64,000 nt of DNA from a virus, in the IMG/VR virus record IMGVR_UViG_3300041955_000531; one strand, 5' to 3'. The notes beneath the pieces are model-generated. The model had not been told where the DNA came from. It ran no database searches and saw only the letters and a list, made by a program, of their open reading frames with translations. Of the stretch, positions 41,624 to 50,825 are shown one piece after another. Within the stretch, counting starts at the first letter, position 1, and each line of letters opens with the position of its first letter. A program made the translations under genes and the position numbers.

Positions 41624-43558
41624 ATGGCAAATCTCGATCTATCAACGGTAGAACTGGTCTCGACGCTGCGCGCGGCGCCGCTGAACGGATCTCCCAGCTC
41701 GCAGGACTACAACGATTCCTGGACGGAATCTCTGGCTGACCTTGCTGCTCTGGCTGGCTTCATCGATGACATTCTCATTCCTATGTTGAATGGGTTGATC
41801 TCGACTATCCAGCCGAATCCCAGCAATGCTCCGTACGGATTGGAAGGTCGTTTCATCTACGCCGACACAACAGACAGCAGCCAGGTCTTCTACAATAACC
41901 TCTCGCAGACTTCCAACTCGATAGCAGATGCCCTTCGAGTAATCGAAGGGATCATTGATACTACTCAGACTTCGATCAACACTTTGAGTGTTGAAGTGAC
42001 GGCCCTGCAGACAGCGCTATCCAGCACAAATCAGAATGATGTGGCCCAGGCCCTACAGAACTTTGCCTCAGTCCTACAAGCCCTGACAGCTCAGACAGTT
42101 GCCAACACTCAGGCTATTGCCGCTATATCTCTCACGCTCATGACGAATGGTGTGGTGAATGGCACACAGAATATATTGAATCTGACTGCTGGTGCGGGTA
42201 TCTCTGTGGTATCTGGAGCTGGCGGCTTGGTTACAATCGCTGTTACTCCTGTTACTCTAGTGACTAGCATTGCTGGGTTGTCTGGTGTTGTTACATTAAG
42301 CAGTTCGGATAGCTCTGTAACTATCACTCCTGCAGGAAGCAATATAGACTTCGTCGCCGCTGGCGGCGGTGGAGGAACACCTGGACTTCCTGTAGGATCT
42401 CTACAAGGCAATAACGCTGGTGGTTTTGGTGGTGTCCCGGGTACAGTCGTTGACTTTACGAATGGGTTTATTTCTGTAGCCCCGCCGAATACAGGTGTTC
42501 TTGTTCAAGCTGCATTGACTATTACTGGTGACGATGCTCCCAATAATCTGCAGGAATGGTACCAGAACGGTGTTCCAGGTGCTCCTGTTCTATCGGTTGA
42601 TGCTTATGGAGATTTGATCTTCGGTGCAGATGCTGCTTTGTATCTGTCCGCTACTGGTGCTCTTCTTTTTGATTCTGCTTATTCAGCAGGTACTCTTGGT
42701 CAAGTATTGACTAGCACAGGTTCTGGTATACTCTGGGCTTCTGGCGGAGGCGGAGGTGCACCAGGAGGCCCAACAGGATCGGTTCAGTACAACAATGGTG
42801 GAACTTTCACTGGTGACACTGGGATTGCAGTCAACTATCCTAGCCCAGGATGTAAGCTGTGGGTTCAAGATAACGGTTTTGATGCTTCTCTTGCGGTCGG
42901 TGGTAACACTTACGGTTCGGACATTCAAGACTGGTTTATCAATGGTCATACAGGCCAGGCAGATCTTCAGGTAGATCGATATGCCAATCTGATAGCGAAT
43001 GTTGGTTATGTTCAGCCGCTTCATGGTATTAAGGACGGCAATAGTAGTCTTGGAACGGATGGACAGGTTCTTACCAGTCAGACTATAGGCATAAATCGTT
43101 CTGTAGCTTGGGTAACTCTCACTGGGGCTGTTCTATCGATTCAGGTACCTATCTCATCATCGCAAATCCTTAACCTATTTACCAATCCAGTGACCCTCAT
43201 TCCCGCGCCAGGTAATGGTTACTTCATTCAGATTGTTGGTGGGTCTATAGAGTACAAATACAATACTACTCCGTATACACCAGCATCAGGTTCGAACGTC
43301 ATAGGTATTTTTACTGATGGAAGATCCTATGTAGCAGGAGGTCTGTTGGGTGGTATGAGTGTTACAGGTGCTATGGATCAAAGTCAAAGCATGCTTGCTA
43401 ACTGGTTGGCTTTTGCAGGTAATAGTGGGCAGGATGCAAACTTGATTGCAGTTTCAGATGTAAATAATAAAGCTATTGTTCTTAACTGTGACGCCTCCCC
43501 AACTGGTGGGGATGGTACGTTACTTGTTAATGTGCAGTATATTATACTTCCGCTTTAA
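41624..43558 (+). CDS. Tail fibre protein, paralog 2
   Basis: Shared N-terminus with 37645; two GGGG.PG.P.GS.Q.NN.G.F.G and two GT.GQVLTS fibre repeats. Confidence 0.8.
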   Translation: MANLDLSTVELVSTLRAAPLNGSPSSQDYNDSWTESLADLAALAGFIDDILIPMLNGLISTIQPNPSNAPYGLEGRFIYADTTDSSQVFYNNLSQTSNSIADALRVIEGIIDTTQTSINTLSVEVTALQTALSSTNQNDVAQALQNFASVLQALTAQTVANTQAIAAISLTLMTNGVVNGTQNILNLTAGAGISVVSGAGGLVTIAVTPVTLVTSIAGLSGVVTLSSSDSSVTITPAGSNIDFVAAGGGGGTPGLPVGSLQGNNAGGFGGVPGTVVDFTNGFISVAPPNTGVLVQAALTITGDDAPNNLQEWYQNGVPGAPVLSVDAYGDLIFGADAALYLSATGALLFDSAYSAGTLGQVLTSTGSGILWASGGGGGAPGGPTGSVQYNNGGTFTGDTGIAVNYPSPGCKLWVQDNGFDASLAVGGNTYGSDIQDWFINGHTGQADLQVDRYANLIANVGYVQPLHGIKDGNSSLGTDGQVLTSQTIGINRSVAWVTLTGAVLSIQVPISSSQILNLFTNPVTLIPAPGNGYFIQIVGGSIEYKYNTTPYTPASGSNVIGIFTDGRSYVAGGLLGGMSVTGAMDQSQSMLANWLAFAGNSGQDANLIAVSDVNNKAIVLNCDASPTGGDGTLLVNVQYIILPL

Positions 43559-43578
43559 GACTCAAAGGAGAAACACAA

Positions 43579-43809
43579 ATGGCAACAAAATCAAGAGGAG
43601 CTATTCTTTCAACTCCCCCAGCGTCGACTCGGCCGCGTCCTGCAGCTAAGGCCCCTTATATCAAGGGATCTCAGGGCACCAAGCCAACACCGACGACTAT
43701 CCCAAGCAAGCCAGTGAACTTTTCGGTAACTCAGAACACTGGTCTGTTTCCGCCAGCTAAGCCAGTTGCTCCGGCTAAGCCCGCGGCTCCGCCAGCTGCC
43801 AAGAAGTAA
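43579..43809 (+). CDS. Small basic Pro/Ala/Lys-rich protein
   Basis: AAGGAG RBS; low-complexity 76-aa ORF. Confidence 0.65.
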   Translation: MATKSRGAILSTPPASTRPRPAAKAPYIKGSQGTKPTPTTIPSKPVNFSVTQNTGLFPPAKPVAPAKPAAPPAAKK

Positions 43810-43813
43810 GGCA

Positions 43814-44002
43814 ATGGCTGCGAAGCGTACACATACAAACCGCAAGGTGACGAAGTTCAAGCCTGGCGCCGTGATGGCCCAGCCTTCTTCGCCCGCGGGG
43901 AAGATGCGTACTAAGAAGGGGAAGATAGTCAATCTAGGTTTCCCGGATCCGATGGCTCCCAGCTGGCGCAACCCGCCATTTGTGGGCACATTCAAGGTAT
44001 GA
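43814..44002 (+). CDS. Small basic hypothetical protein
   Basis: ATG at 43814 after AAGG; ATGA overlap with next gene. Confidence 0.55.
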   Translation: MAAKRTHTNRKVTKFKPGAVMAQPSSPAGKMRTKKGKIVNLGFPDPMAPSWRNPPFVGTFKV

Positions 44003-44382
44003 GAAAAGGAATCCCGCGATCGGCCGCACGAAAGCATAATCGCAAGCGTCCCAAGACTTCGATTGAGAAGCTAGTGGCTGCTTGGTTGGACGCCGATGGG
44101 ATTCCTTATCGTACTGAGGTTAGGTGTGGTCGCTGCCACATCGATATTGTGATAGGCAAAAAAGGCGCCGTAGAGCTGAATGGCTGCTACTGGCACTGCT
44201 GTCACCGCTGCTATCCGAAGAAGACCCGGAAGCAGCAAATGAAACGATTCCAGGACATCCATAGGTATCAGTACCTGGGACGTAAAGGCTTCAAACTACT
44301 CATCTTATGGGAGTGTGATATCCTCAACCATCCGGATGAGACAAGAGAGACTCTGCGTAAGTACGCGGAGACTGTGAAATGA
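43999..44382 (+). CDS. Vsr/DUF559-like PD-(D/E)XK endonuclease
   Basis: TSIEKLV...HIDIVI...AVELNGCYWH...D...GFKLLILWEC. Confidence 0.85.
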   Translation: MRKGIPRSAARKHNRKRPKTSIEKLVAAWLDADGIPYRTEVRCGRCHIDIVIGKKGAVELNGCYWHCCHRCYPKKTRKQQMKRFQDIHRYQYLGRKGFKLLILWECDILNHPDETRETLRKYAETVK

Positions 44383-44933
44383 TTAGAATCAACGTAGCGA
44401 ATACCATGCCTGAACCTATGCCGTTCAGTCCTGTCAACTGGGGCCGTAACAGAGCCATGTCGACAATGAGGGGCTGGAAGAGCTATGCTAGCTTGACTCC
44501 GGCCGCGCGCCTACCTAAGGCTTGGGGATCTGTAGGCAAGGGATCCTTTCCTTTTGCTCTCGGTTTTGGTGTTCAGTCTGCTATCATGGCGCCGCGGCAC
44601 CAGAAGTTGTCTTCTGGCCTGGCAACTGGGTTATCGATCGGAGTAACAACTGCTCTATCTGTTGGAGTTAGCGCTCTTACGGGCTTGCCTCCTATGTTGA
44701 CGGATCTGGCTTTACAAGCCATGGTTCAGCCGACTATGGATAGGATGTTCCAAGGAGCAATCCAACCTCTCGTGGATTTCGGCACCAACCAACGACGAGT
44801 TAACTTCGGTGGGGATTATAGAGATACAGCTACTGCTCATACAATGAGGCAGGTAGCTGCTCGAGAGATGTCAGCATCTTTGATGAACGCGCGCCAATGG
44901 CTCGGCCAGGAAGCGGCCTTCATGGCTCAATAA
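44379..44933 (+). CDS. Hypothetical protein with hydrophobic segments
   Basis: Coupled ORF; two G/A-rich hydrophobic stretches. Confidence 0.6.
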   Translation: MIRINVANTMPEPMPFSPVNWGRNRAMSTMRGWKSYASLTPAARLPKAWGSVGKGSFPFALGFGVQSAIMAPRHQKLSSGLATGLSIGVTTALSVGVSALTGLPPMLTDLALQAMVQPTMDRMFQGAIQPLVDFGTNQRRVNFGGDYRDTATAHTMRQVAAREMSASLMNARQWLGQEAAFMAQ

Positions 44934-44943
44934 GGGGAATACA

Positions 44944-45351
44944 ATGGCTATACCAGCACAAGTTAGCGCAATCTTCAATAGGCTCACAGCTTTAGATGGT
45001 ATCACTTCGCCTGTTCCGTCCGCCGCGGCCGTCCCAACGATCGAAGCGGATCTGAACGGTATCCATACGACTATCAGTCAGGTAACCCTGACGATCCAAG
45101 CCCAGCTGAATGAAGTAACTCAGCAGGTTGCTACTCTTCAGGCTACTGTTAACCAAATCCTTGGCAACGCTGGTATCCAGCTTCCTGCTTACGCCACGGC
45201 TTTGCTTCCTACTGGGATAGCAGGTCAGATGGCTTATGCTACCGATGGTCGTAAGATAGGTGAGACTACCGGTCACGGAACAGGAGTACCAGTCTACTTT
45301 TCGAATGGTGCTTGGAGAGTATATTCGACGGATGCAGCCGTCCAATCTTAA
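44944..45351 (+). CDS. Short fibre-like protein (coiled coil plus small beta tip)
   Basis: Heptad pattern then LPAYATALLP...GQMAYATDG...GTGVPVYFSNGAWR, a motif recalled from phage fibre proteins. Confidence 0.6.
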   Translation: MAIPAQVSAIFNRLTALDGITSPVPSAAAVPTIEADLNGIHTTISQVTLTIQAQLNEVTQQVATLQATVNQILGNAGIQLPAYATALLPTGIAGQMAYATDGRKIGETTGHGTGVPVYFSNGAWRVYSTDAAVQS

Positions 45352-45384
45352 TCGGAGAAAAGCGGTTCCGACAAGGAGAATGCA

Positions 45385-45585
45385 ATGAAGTCAGTAACAC
45401 TATCAGCAGCACAGCAGACGCAGGCTCTTGCTCTCAAAGCAACGTTCACTGCGGCGCAGCAAAACGCACGTACAGCTCACACAGCTTATGTGAACTTCTT
45501 GGCTACGGCAGCAGGAGTTACCGTGAGACCGGGTCAGAGACTTCAACTGACCGATGATGGTTCCTCGGTGGTGGTCATTCCATAA
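45385..45585 (+). CDS. Small hypothetical protein (possible fibre chaperone)
   Basis: AAGGAG RBS; last gene of the + strand operon. Confidence 0.6.
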   Translation: MKSVTLSAAQQTQALALKATFTAAQQNARTAHTAYVNFLATAAGVTVRPGQRLQLTDDGSSVVVIP

Positions 45586-45602
45586 CCGAGTCTTATACAG
45601 AT

Positions 45603-45649
45603 AAAAAAAGGGGCCTATTTCCATTCTTGGAGATAGGCCTTTGCTTTTT
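45603..45649. terminator. Bidirectional intrinsic terminator overlapping the 3' end of the EndoVII gene
   Basis: A7 tract, stem GGCCTATTTCC/GGAGATAGGCC, then TTTGCTTTTT, at the convergence of the two strands. Confidence 0.75.
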
Positions 45650-46115
45650 CTATGAGTTCGGGATGCTTTTCAACCATTGCGATTATCTGATTGTTGCATT
45701 TTGAATGAAGAATACTACGAGGTTTTCCAGTTTCATGATTGTGATCCCAATGACATTTTTCAAGATTGACTGGTAACTCTTTCCCGCATAATCCACATAT
45801 ACCTTTTTGCTTCTGGTATTGTTTTAGCTTGGCTTCGTGCGTAAAATACGTGTTTGAAGCAGATGTTATTCCTTCTGAACGGAATCGTTTCCCTTTGCGT
45901 TCTTTGCTTTGACGTTCCCCACAACATCTTGGGCAGCCTTTTGATGTCCCCGAACGTAAAGAATGTCCGAATACTTCTTTCGTTGTATGTTCACACACTA
46001 CTTTCCAAGTTTGTAGTCGAACTTTCTTTCCTTTGAAGATGTAAGTTCGCTTGCGTCCTTTTCCAATAACAAGCCAGTTCCCAAATACTTGTCCTTTCAA
46101 ATCAATCTGTCTCAT
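45615..46115 (-). CDS. Endonuclease VII-family HNH (probable homing endonuclease)
   Basis: QKGICGLCG...WDHNHETGKPRSILHSKCN; N-terminal IDLKGQVFGNWLVI module; start moved to ATG 46115 with GAGG RBS. Confidence 0.88.
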   Translation of the reverse strand: MRQIDLKGQVFGNWLVIGKGRKRTYIFKGKKVRLQTWKVVCEHTTKEVFGHSLRSGTSKGCPRCCGERQSKERKGKRFRSEGITSASNTYFTHEAKLKQYQKQKGICGLCGKELPVNLEKCHWDHNHETGKPRSILHSKCNNQIIAMVEKHPELIEKAKAYLQEWK

Positions 46116-46130
46116 GATAGCCTCTCGAGA

Positions 46131-46142
46131 CTGATTAGTATA
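46131..46142 (-). promoter_or_regulatory. Promoter-like motif TATACTAATCAG
   Basis: Exact 12-mer 15 nt upstream of the EndoVII start. Confidence 0.6.
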
Positions 46143-46145
46143 GAC

Positions 46146-46188
46146 ATAAAAATAGGGCCTCCATTGCTGGAGGCCCTTGTTTTGTTTT
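46146..46188. terminator. Intrinsic terminator, probably bidirectional
   Basis: 10-bp stem AGGGCCTCCA/TGGAGGCCCT flanked by A-rich and T-rich tracts. Confidence 0.85.
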
Positions 46189-46374
46189 ATAATCTTATCT
46201 TTGCGCCTTCCCACGAGACCAACAAGCTGAATGCTCTCTTGAAGATCTTCTATAGCTCCTGCCGTTGTGTCGGATGCTTGGGTTAGCTCGGCCGTCGTAT
46301 AGTATTACGTTTTTAGCCGCCGACTCGATGTGCCTCGTAAAATAGACACACCCGCGGCAAGCTATCATGTACTA

Positions 46375-47130
46375 TTATTTGAAAGCCACAATCTCAACTG
46401 CTTCGTTTTGATTGAAGTCGAATGCATTTAGGCAGATAACCTTGGTTCCTTCCCTTTCCTGAACGTCTTTCAAATGCATGTGTCCGTAGAAATGGTATGT
46501 AGGTTTGAACTTGTTGAGCAGCTGTGTAAATCCAGGACATCCTGGAGGTACTGTCTCATCGTGATCTAGTCCCAGGACTCCGCGCAAACCTTCTGGTACT
46601 GGTTTGCCTGCGAACTTCCATGGCACAACAGCCGTCGAACAATCATGTGTAACTAAGACATCTACCGGCCCATCGTACCTGAGAAGCTCAAGGACGTGAG
46701 GACGATAGATATGCAGTGCTTTCAAACTACCTGGAACCGAGTGATTCCTTGCGCACTTAACTATATCAGGATTCATCCAGCTCCGAGGACTGTAGTTACC
46801 CCAGACGGATGCAACCTTTATTCCAGCGATGTCAGTGACACCGCCATCTGGCAGGAGATGCAAGCGAGCGATTCTATCTGGCTCGGCTTGCCACTTCTTG
46901 ATAGACTCATGATTCTCATGGTTGCCCATGTTGACATAAGTCTCTATTGGAACTTGCTTGTCGACTTCCCAGAGATGTTTCCACTGGGTGCCGAACTGAT
47001 CAACTCCAAAATCACCTACGTGAACTACCGCGTCCAGCAAACTGCTCGTACGTAGTTGCCAGGCAGCCAACGCGACATACATCTCATAGAAATGGTAGTG
47101 ACAATCACCAACGAACGCTATGAGAGACAT
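46375..47130 (-). CDS. Calcineurin-like metallophosphoesterase, Dbr1-like
   Basis: GDCH, GDFG, GNHE, THD and GHMH motifs. Confidence 0.9.
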   Translation of the reverse strand: MSLIAFVGDCHYHFYEMYVALAAWQLRTSSLLDAVVHVGDFGVDQFGTQWKHLWEVDKQVPIETYVNMGNHENHESIKKWQAEPDRIARLHLLPDGGVTDIAGIKVASVWGNYSPRSWMNPDIVKCARNHSVPGSLKALHIYRPHVLELLRYDGPVDVLVTHDCSTAVVPWKFAGKPVPEGLRGVLGLDHDETVPPGCPGFTQLLNKFKPTYHFYGHMHLKDVQEREGTKVICLNAFDFNQNEAVEIVAFK

Positions 47131-47149
47131 TACTTCCTTCCTTTACACT

Positions 47150-47500
47150 TGGTGGAGGCGCGGGGAGTTGAACCCCGGTCCAAAAAGCATCACAACTGCG
47201 GTACTACATGCGTAGTCCTATCACTTCTATCGTCGGCCACAGTAAGCAAGGACAACTCTCTGTAGCCCCGTTCCCTATTGTTTTAAGCACTCATAGTTAG
47301 AGCAGCACTATGAATCACCGAGCCTGCTAGTTTACGCCCTAGCCCAGTCAGCAGACATCGCCAGGTAGGACGTGGCTGCATTAAGCAGCCAACGGCAGTT
47401 CAAAAGCTTCTGCAGTTAAAGTTTTCCATTCTCTTACGGTGGTATGGGCACCGGCATGCACCTAGGTCGATCAGGCTTCTGTCGAAACCAAGTCGCCCCC
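47150..47500 (-). ncRNA. ssrA: tmRNA; tag peptide (A)AEAFELPLAA* at 47413-47381
   Basis: 5' GGGGGCGACTTGGTTTCGAC, 3' GGGTTCAACTCCCCGCGCCTCCACCA, G3.U pair, 351 nt, tag ending in LAA. Confidence 0.97.
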
Positions 47501-47705
47501 AAGATCAAAAGTTCGGGATAGCAGGCTTGAAGATCTTCTTCGATCTTGTTAGCCTGTAGAACAACCCGCTGATAGACATCTGGCCGTAGTCTACTCCGTA
47601 TGCATACTGCAGACTACAGAAGGATACCCGATGATACGGGTGCGCTCCTTGTTTGTACATCGATGTACATACTTCCAGAATGCCATCATAATCATTATAA
47701 CACAG

Positions 47706-48479
47706 TTACCCTGCTACGGAAAGCAAATCGGCCTTAAGTTGTGCCGCATCGAAGCCGGCAGGATCCCAAGCAGCGCCCAGCAAAGTGTGGGATTCATCAC
47801 AATACTTATCCCAGAAGGCCACGGTCATCTTCTGGAGCTGGCCCCAAGTGATGCAAGTAATGGTTGTAGCTCCGCCGGCATTAGTGTCCTTGACGTGGTA
47901 GGCTGGGCAATAAACAGCGTGACCGCCAACTATACCACCATCATGCTTGACAACGTCCCAGATCTTACCATTCTGATTCTGGATGATGGCCGAATAGGGA
48001 ACCTGCAAACCAATATAGACACCACCGAACTCTGCAACCGAGTGCATGATGTGTCCGAAGTTCTGAGGCTGTGGGCTAACATAAGCCTCCAGCACATGAC
48101 CGCCAAACGTCTGCTGATACCATCTCTTGAGGACTGTGCTCTCGTCGCCGCCGTTATCTGTATTGGGGTTACCAAGAACATAACCATCCCACTCTTCGTA
48201 CTTAGCCAGGATGAGGCTGTCTGGAGGAGTGATTTTACCCTTTGTCCAGACTTGAATAGCATGGCCTGGAGCGGCGATGGTGCAGTCTCCTATACCATCC
48301 GTGGGGACGTTCTCCCCGTAGTTGTTCGGACCGTTGAGCATCATGCCCCAGCTTGTAATGCCGTAAGTATTCTGGGCATAAGGCGGTGGGGTGTAGGAGG
48401 ACTTGATATAGTCCTTCATGCGTGGCTCGTAAGGGTCGAACTTAGCAGCTGTCTTACCGAGTTTGGGGATGAATGTCAT
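47706..48479 (-). CDS. Papain-like (C1-type) cysteine peptidase
   Basis: IGDCTIA (Cys), DNGG, GGHAV (His), ITWG. Confidence 0.75.
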   Translation of the reverse strand: MTFIPKLGKTAAKFDPYEPRMKDYIKSSYTPPPYAQNTYGITSWGMMLNGPNNYGENVPTDGIGDCTIAAPGHAIQVWTKGKITPPDSLILAKYEEWDGYVLGNPNTDNGGDESTVLKRWYQQTFGGHVLEAYVSPQPQNFGHIMHSVAEFGGVYIGLQVPYSAIIQNQNGKIWDVVKHDGGIVGGHAVYCPAYHVKDTNAGGATTITCITWGQLQKMTVAFWDKYCDESHTLLGAAWDPAGFDAAQLKADLLSVAG

Positions 48480-48490
48480 ATTGTCTCCTA

Positions 48491-49432
48491 TTAGACTGAT
48501 GGTCGATGGTGATGATGGTGATGGTGATGCTCGTGATGATGATGTCGATGATCATGGCATTCTGGATTCTTGCAATGCCATTCATCAACCAGCGCGCGCA
48601 TCTGAGGTGGCTTGTTTTGTGCGGCGTAATAGCGATGCGAGAGGGTGTTGTTCACACCTGATGTGGTTTGATTTTCCCACATACGCTCTTTCCAATGGAC
48701 CCAGTCTTGTATCCCTTGGGGTCCAATCTGTGGGTGCCACATGTGCAGAACCTGTCCAGGCATAGTCTTGTGCATTCCATAGAGTGTATCCATGGCACGC
48801 ATAGCGGCATGATCCTCACCGCCCCAGCCGCGGAAGCGAACATCCCAACCACCTACCAGCTCAAAAGCCTCACGAGGTACGATCTGAATCATTGCCCCAT
48901 AGTAATGACCGACTCCTGGATCAGTATCTCCCAGGATATACTCTGCATCTGGGGGAGAAGAGAATGTTGATGGTGATGCAGGATCAGATTGTAGCAAGTG
49001 CTTCGATGCTGTCTCTGTCAGACGATAGAACTTGCGATAAGGAACGAACCAGAGCTTATGCCCACGCTTACGGGCGTGGCGAATCTCCTCTACGCAATGT
49101 ATAACTACATCAGCAGTAACATATCCGTCTGCATCCACGATGACAAATACATCACCGCTAGCTTTGGATGCTGCAGCGTTCACTGCAACTGACTTGGAGA
49201 ATGGTTCTATATTAGGCTCGTCGCCAATAATGATCTCGGCGCCTGGAAGCTGAGTAGCCCAATATCTCTTAAGCCATGCAATGTTTCTTATGCGGGGACT
49301 TGATTGGTCGGTGCAACGGAATGGAATCAAGATACTTACTCCATGTCCCTTACGCAGCCGCCATGCAGCCAGGTATGCGAGGCCACTCGCAGCCAAGACT
49401 GACATAGCTGTGATGAGCATAACTGGGGTCAT
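48491..49432 (-). CDS. GT-A glycosyltransferase (GT2/GT7-like) with N-terminal TM helix and His-rich tail
   Basis: SILIPFR, FSKSVAVN, VDAD, GGWDVRFRGWGGED; C-terminal poly-His run. Confidence 0.9.
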   Translation of the reverse strand: MTPVMLITAMSVLAASGLAYLAAWRLRKGHGVSILIPFRCTDQSSPRIRNIAWLKRYWATQLPGAEIIIGDEPNIEPFSKSVAVNAAASKASGDVFVIVDADGYVTADVVIHCVEEIRHARKRGHKLWFVPYRKFYRLTETASKHLLQSDPASPSTFSSPPDAEYILGDTDPGVGHYYGAMIQIVPREAFELVGGWDVRFRGWGGEDHAAMRAMDTLYGMHKTMPGQVLHMWHPQIGPQGIQDWVHWKERMWENQTTSGVNNTLSHRYYAAQNKPPQMRALVDEWHCKNPECHDHRHHHHEHHHHHHHHRPSV

Positions 49433-50205
49433 TTCAACTCCCTTCCAAGCGCTCTGAAGGCATCATAGACGGCGAACTTGACATCTTCAACAAAGAACCT
49501 GTTAGGTGTTGTTACTTTCCCTGTAATGAATGGTGTCTTGATCGAGGCGCTGTAGTCCCTGAACTTGAAATCCCCACCATCTTTTGTCAGCTTTGGGCAC
49601 ATCTCCACTCTGCGTGGAATGGCGAAGCCATCTGCTACAATCATACCGTGTAGCGAAGAGGTTACAATCTTGCGGCATGCACCGATCTGGCGTATGACTT
49701 CCAGTGGGTCACCAGTCGGGTCAATAACTTTAGTGGTATAAGGCTTTTGAATCAGAGGAATGAATCGTGCTGCCAGCTCTTTGTCTTGCCAGTGCGGCAC
49801 GATGCCTAGGTCCCATTGCTTCTCTTGTAGTCCTACAAGTTCATCGGCTAGTATGCCTGGATCGCCGATAGCAAAGCTACCTGGTATTCCTTTTGCTGAT
49901 AATGGGCCACGAATGGCGAGTATCTTGGCTGTTACGCCAGACTTAAGTTGTTGCAGTTGCAGGCGGGAGTTTTCAATCAGCCTGCCAGATCCAAGAATAT
50001 AGCCGTCCCACAATGGCGGGATGTGTTCAAGTATCGAACCGACTGATGCTATTGAAGAATGAGAAATCGTATCCCACTCCACCTTGACTTCGGCGAAGTG
50101 TTCGAGCAATAAAGGCGCCATCGTATCGCCAAAGTTAGGAACTTGATTCCACCAATACGCTTTGACTGTATGATCTGCGAAGGGGTTTTGAAACCTGAAC
50201 TTCAT
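49429..50205 (-). CDS. Polysaccharide pyruvyl transferase (ExoV-like)
   Basis: NFGD, VGSIL, IRGPLS, GDPGIL, GIVPH, TSSLHGMIVAD. Confidence 0.9.
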   Translation of the reverse strand: MKFRFQNPFADHTVKAYWWNQVPNFGDTMAPLLLEHFAEVKVEWDTISHSSIASVGSILEHIPPLWDGYILGSGRLIENSRLQLQQLKSGVTAKILAIRGPLSAKGIPGSFAIGDPGILADELVGLQEKQWDLGIVPHWQDKELAARFIPLIQKPYTTKVIDPTGDPLEVIRQIGACRKIVTSSLHGMIVADGFAIPRRVEMCPKLTKDGGDFKFRDYSASIKTPFITGKVTTPNRFFVEDVKFAVYDAFRALGRELK

Positions 50206-50225
50206 TTAGGCCGTCTTCCAGAATG

Positions 50226-50654
50226 TTATTTCGATAAACTCAGTGCCTTCAACAGTACTGCAACACGGGCTAATGCTCTTTCGAGATCGCCCGAAGCTGC
50301 CTGAGGACCGTGCTGAGGTTGAAAGCCATTCAGCCACAGGTCCATCAGCTTGCCCCATAACTTACCAGCTACCTTCGCGCGCCAGGCATGAGTAGACATC
50401 GTCTCATCCTGCGCTCCCCATAAGACTACCACGTTCAGGAAGATATCCAAAGCTACCAGCGCTCTGTGCCAGTATGGTTCTGCTGCTGCCTTGGCTTCTG
50501 CCAGAGGTACATCATCAGGATAGACAAACGGCTTGGCGCCCTTATCTATCCAGTGTCTAACGGATCCTATTGCTACTGAAAGGAATACAAGTCCTGCTAC
50601 AGCGCTGCCGAATATCTCGCCGCCCAGTAGGAACTTGTGCAACAGATCCATCAT
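50226..50654 (-). CDS. Membrane-associated phage hypothetical protein
   Basis: GGAG RBS; TM segment; LDIFLN...DETMS motif. Confidence 0.7.
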   Translation of the reverse strand: MMDLLHKFLLGGEIFGSAVAGLVFLSVAIGSVRHWIDKGAKPFVYPDDVPLAEAKAAAEPYWHRALVALDIFLNVVVLWGAQDETMSTHAWRAKVAGKLWGKLMDLWLNGFQPQHGPQAASGDLERALARVAVLLKALSLSK

Positions 50655-50669
50655 TGTGTTTCTCCAAAA

Positions 50670-50748
50670 TGGTCGGAGAGGAGAGATTTGAACTCTCGAT
50701 CTCGTGCGCCCAAGGCACGCGCCTTAAACCGGACTAGGCCACTCTCCG
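50670..50748 (-). tRNA. tRNA-Pro(TGG)
   Basis: Cloverleaf, loop CT-TGG-GC, encoded CCA. Confidence 0.95.
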
Positions 50749-50749
50749 T

Positions 50750-50823
50750 TGGTACCCGAGCAGAGACTTGAACTCTGTTCTCCAGCTTGAAGGGCTGGTG
50801 TCTTACCCATATACGACTTGGGC
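50750..50823 (-). tRNA. tRNA-Glu(TTC), C33
   Basis: Stem CCAGC/GCTGG, loop CC-TTC-AA, CCA. Confidence 0.85.
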
Positions 50824-50825
50824 AC

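Noticed and set aside
37645-43558. Diversity-generating retroelement or invertible fibre cassette
   Set aside because: Similarity is N-terminal, in direct orientation and not adenine-specific; no reverse transcriptase or invertase is in the window.
983-45345. Numerous - strand and alternate-frame ORFs within the structural operon
   Set aside because: They are shadows of long, coupled + strand genes and have no RBS or recognisable motifs.
46195-46368. 57-codon - strand ORF or structured RNA between the phosphoesterase and the terminator
   Set aside because: No RBS and only short competing stems; neither reading is supportable.
48505-48556. GATGGT/GAT microsatellite-like run
   Set aside because: It encodes the His-rich C-terminus of the glycosyltransferase.
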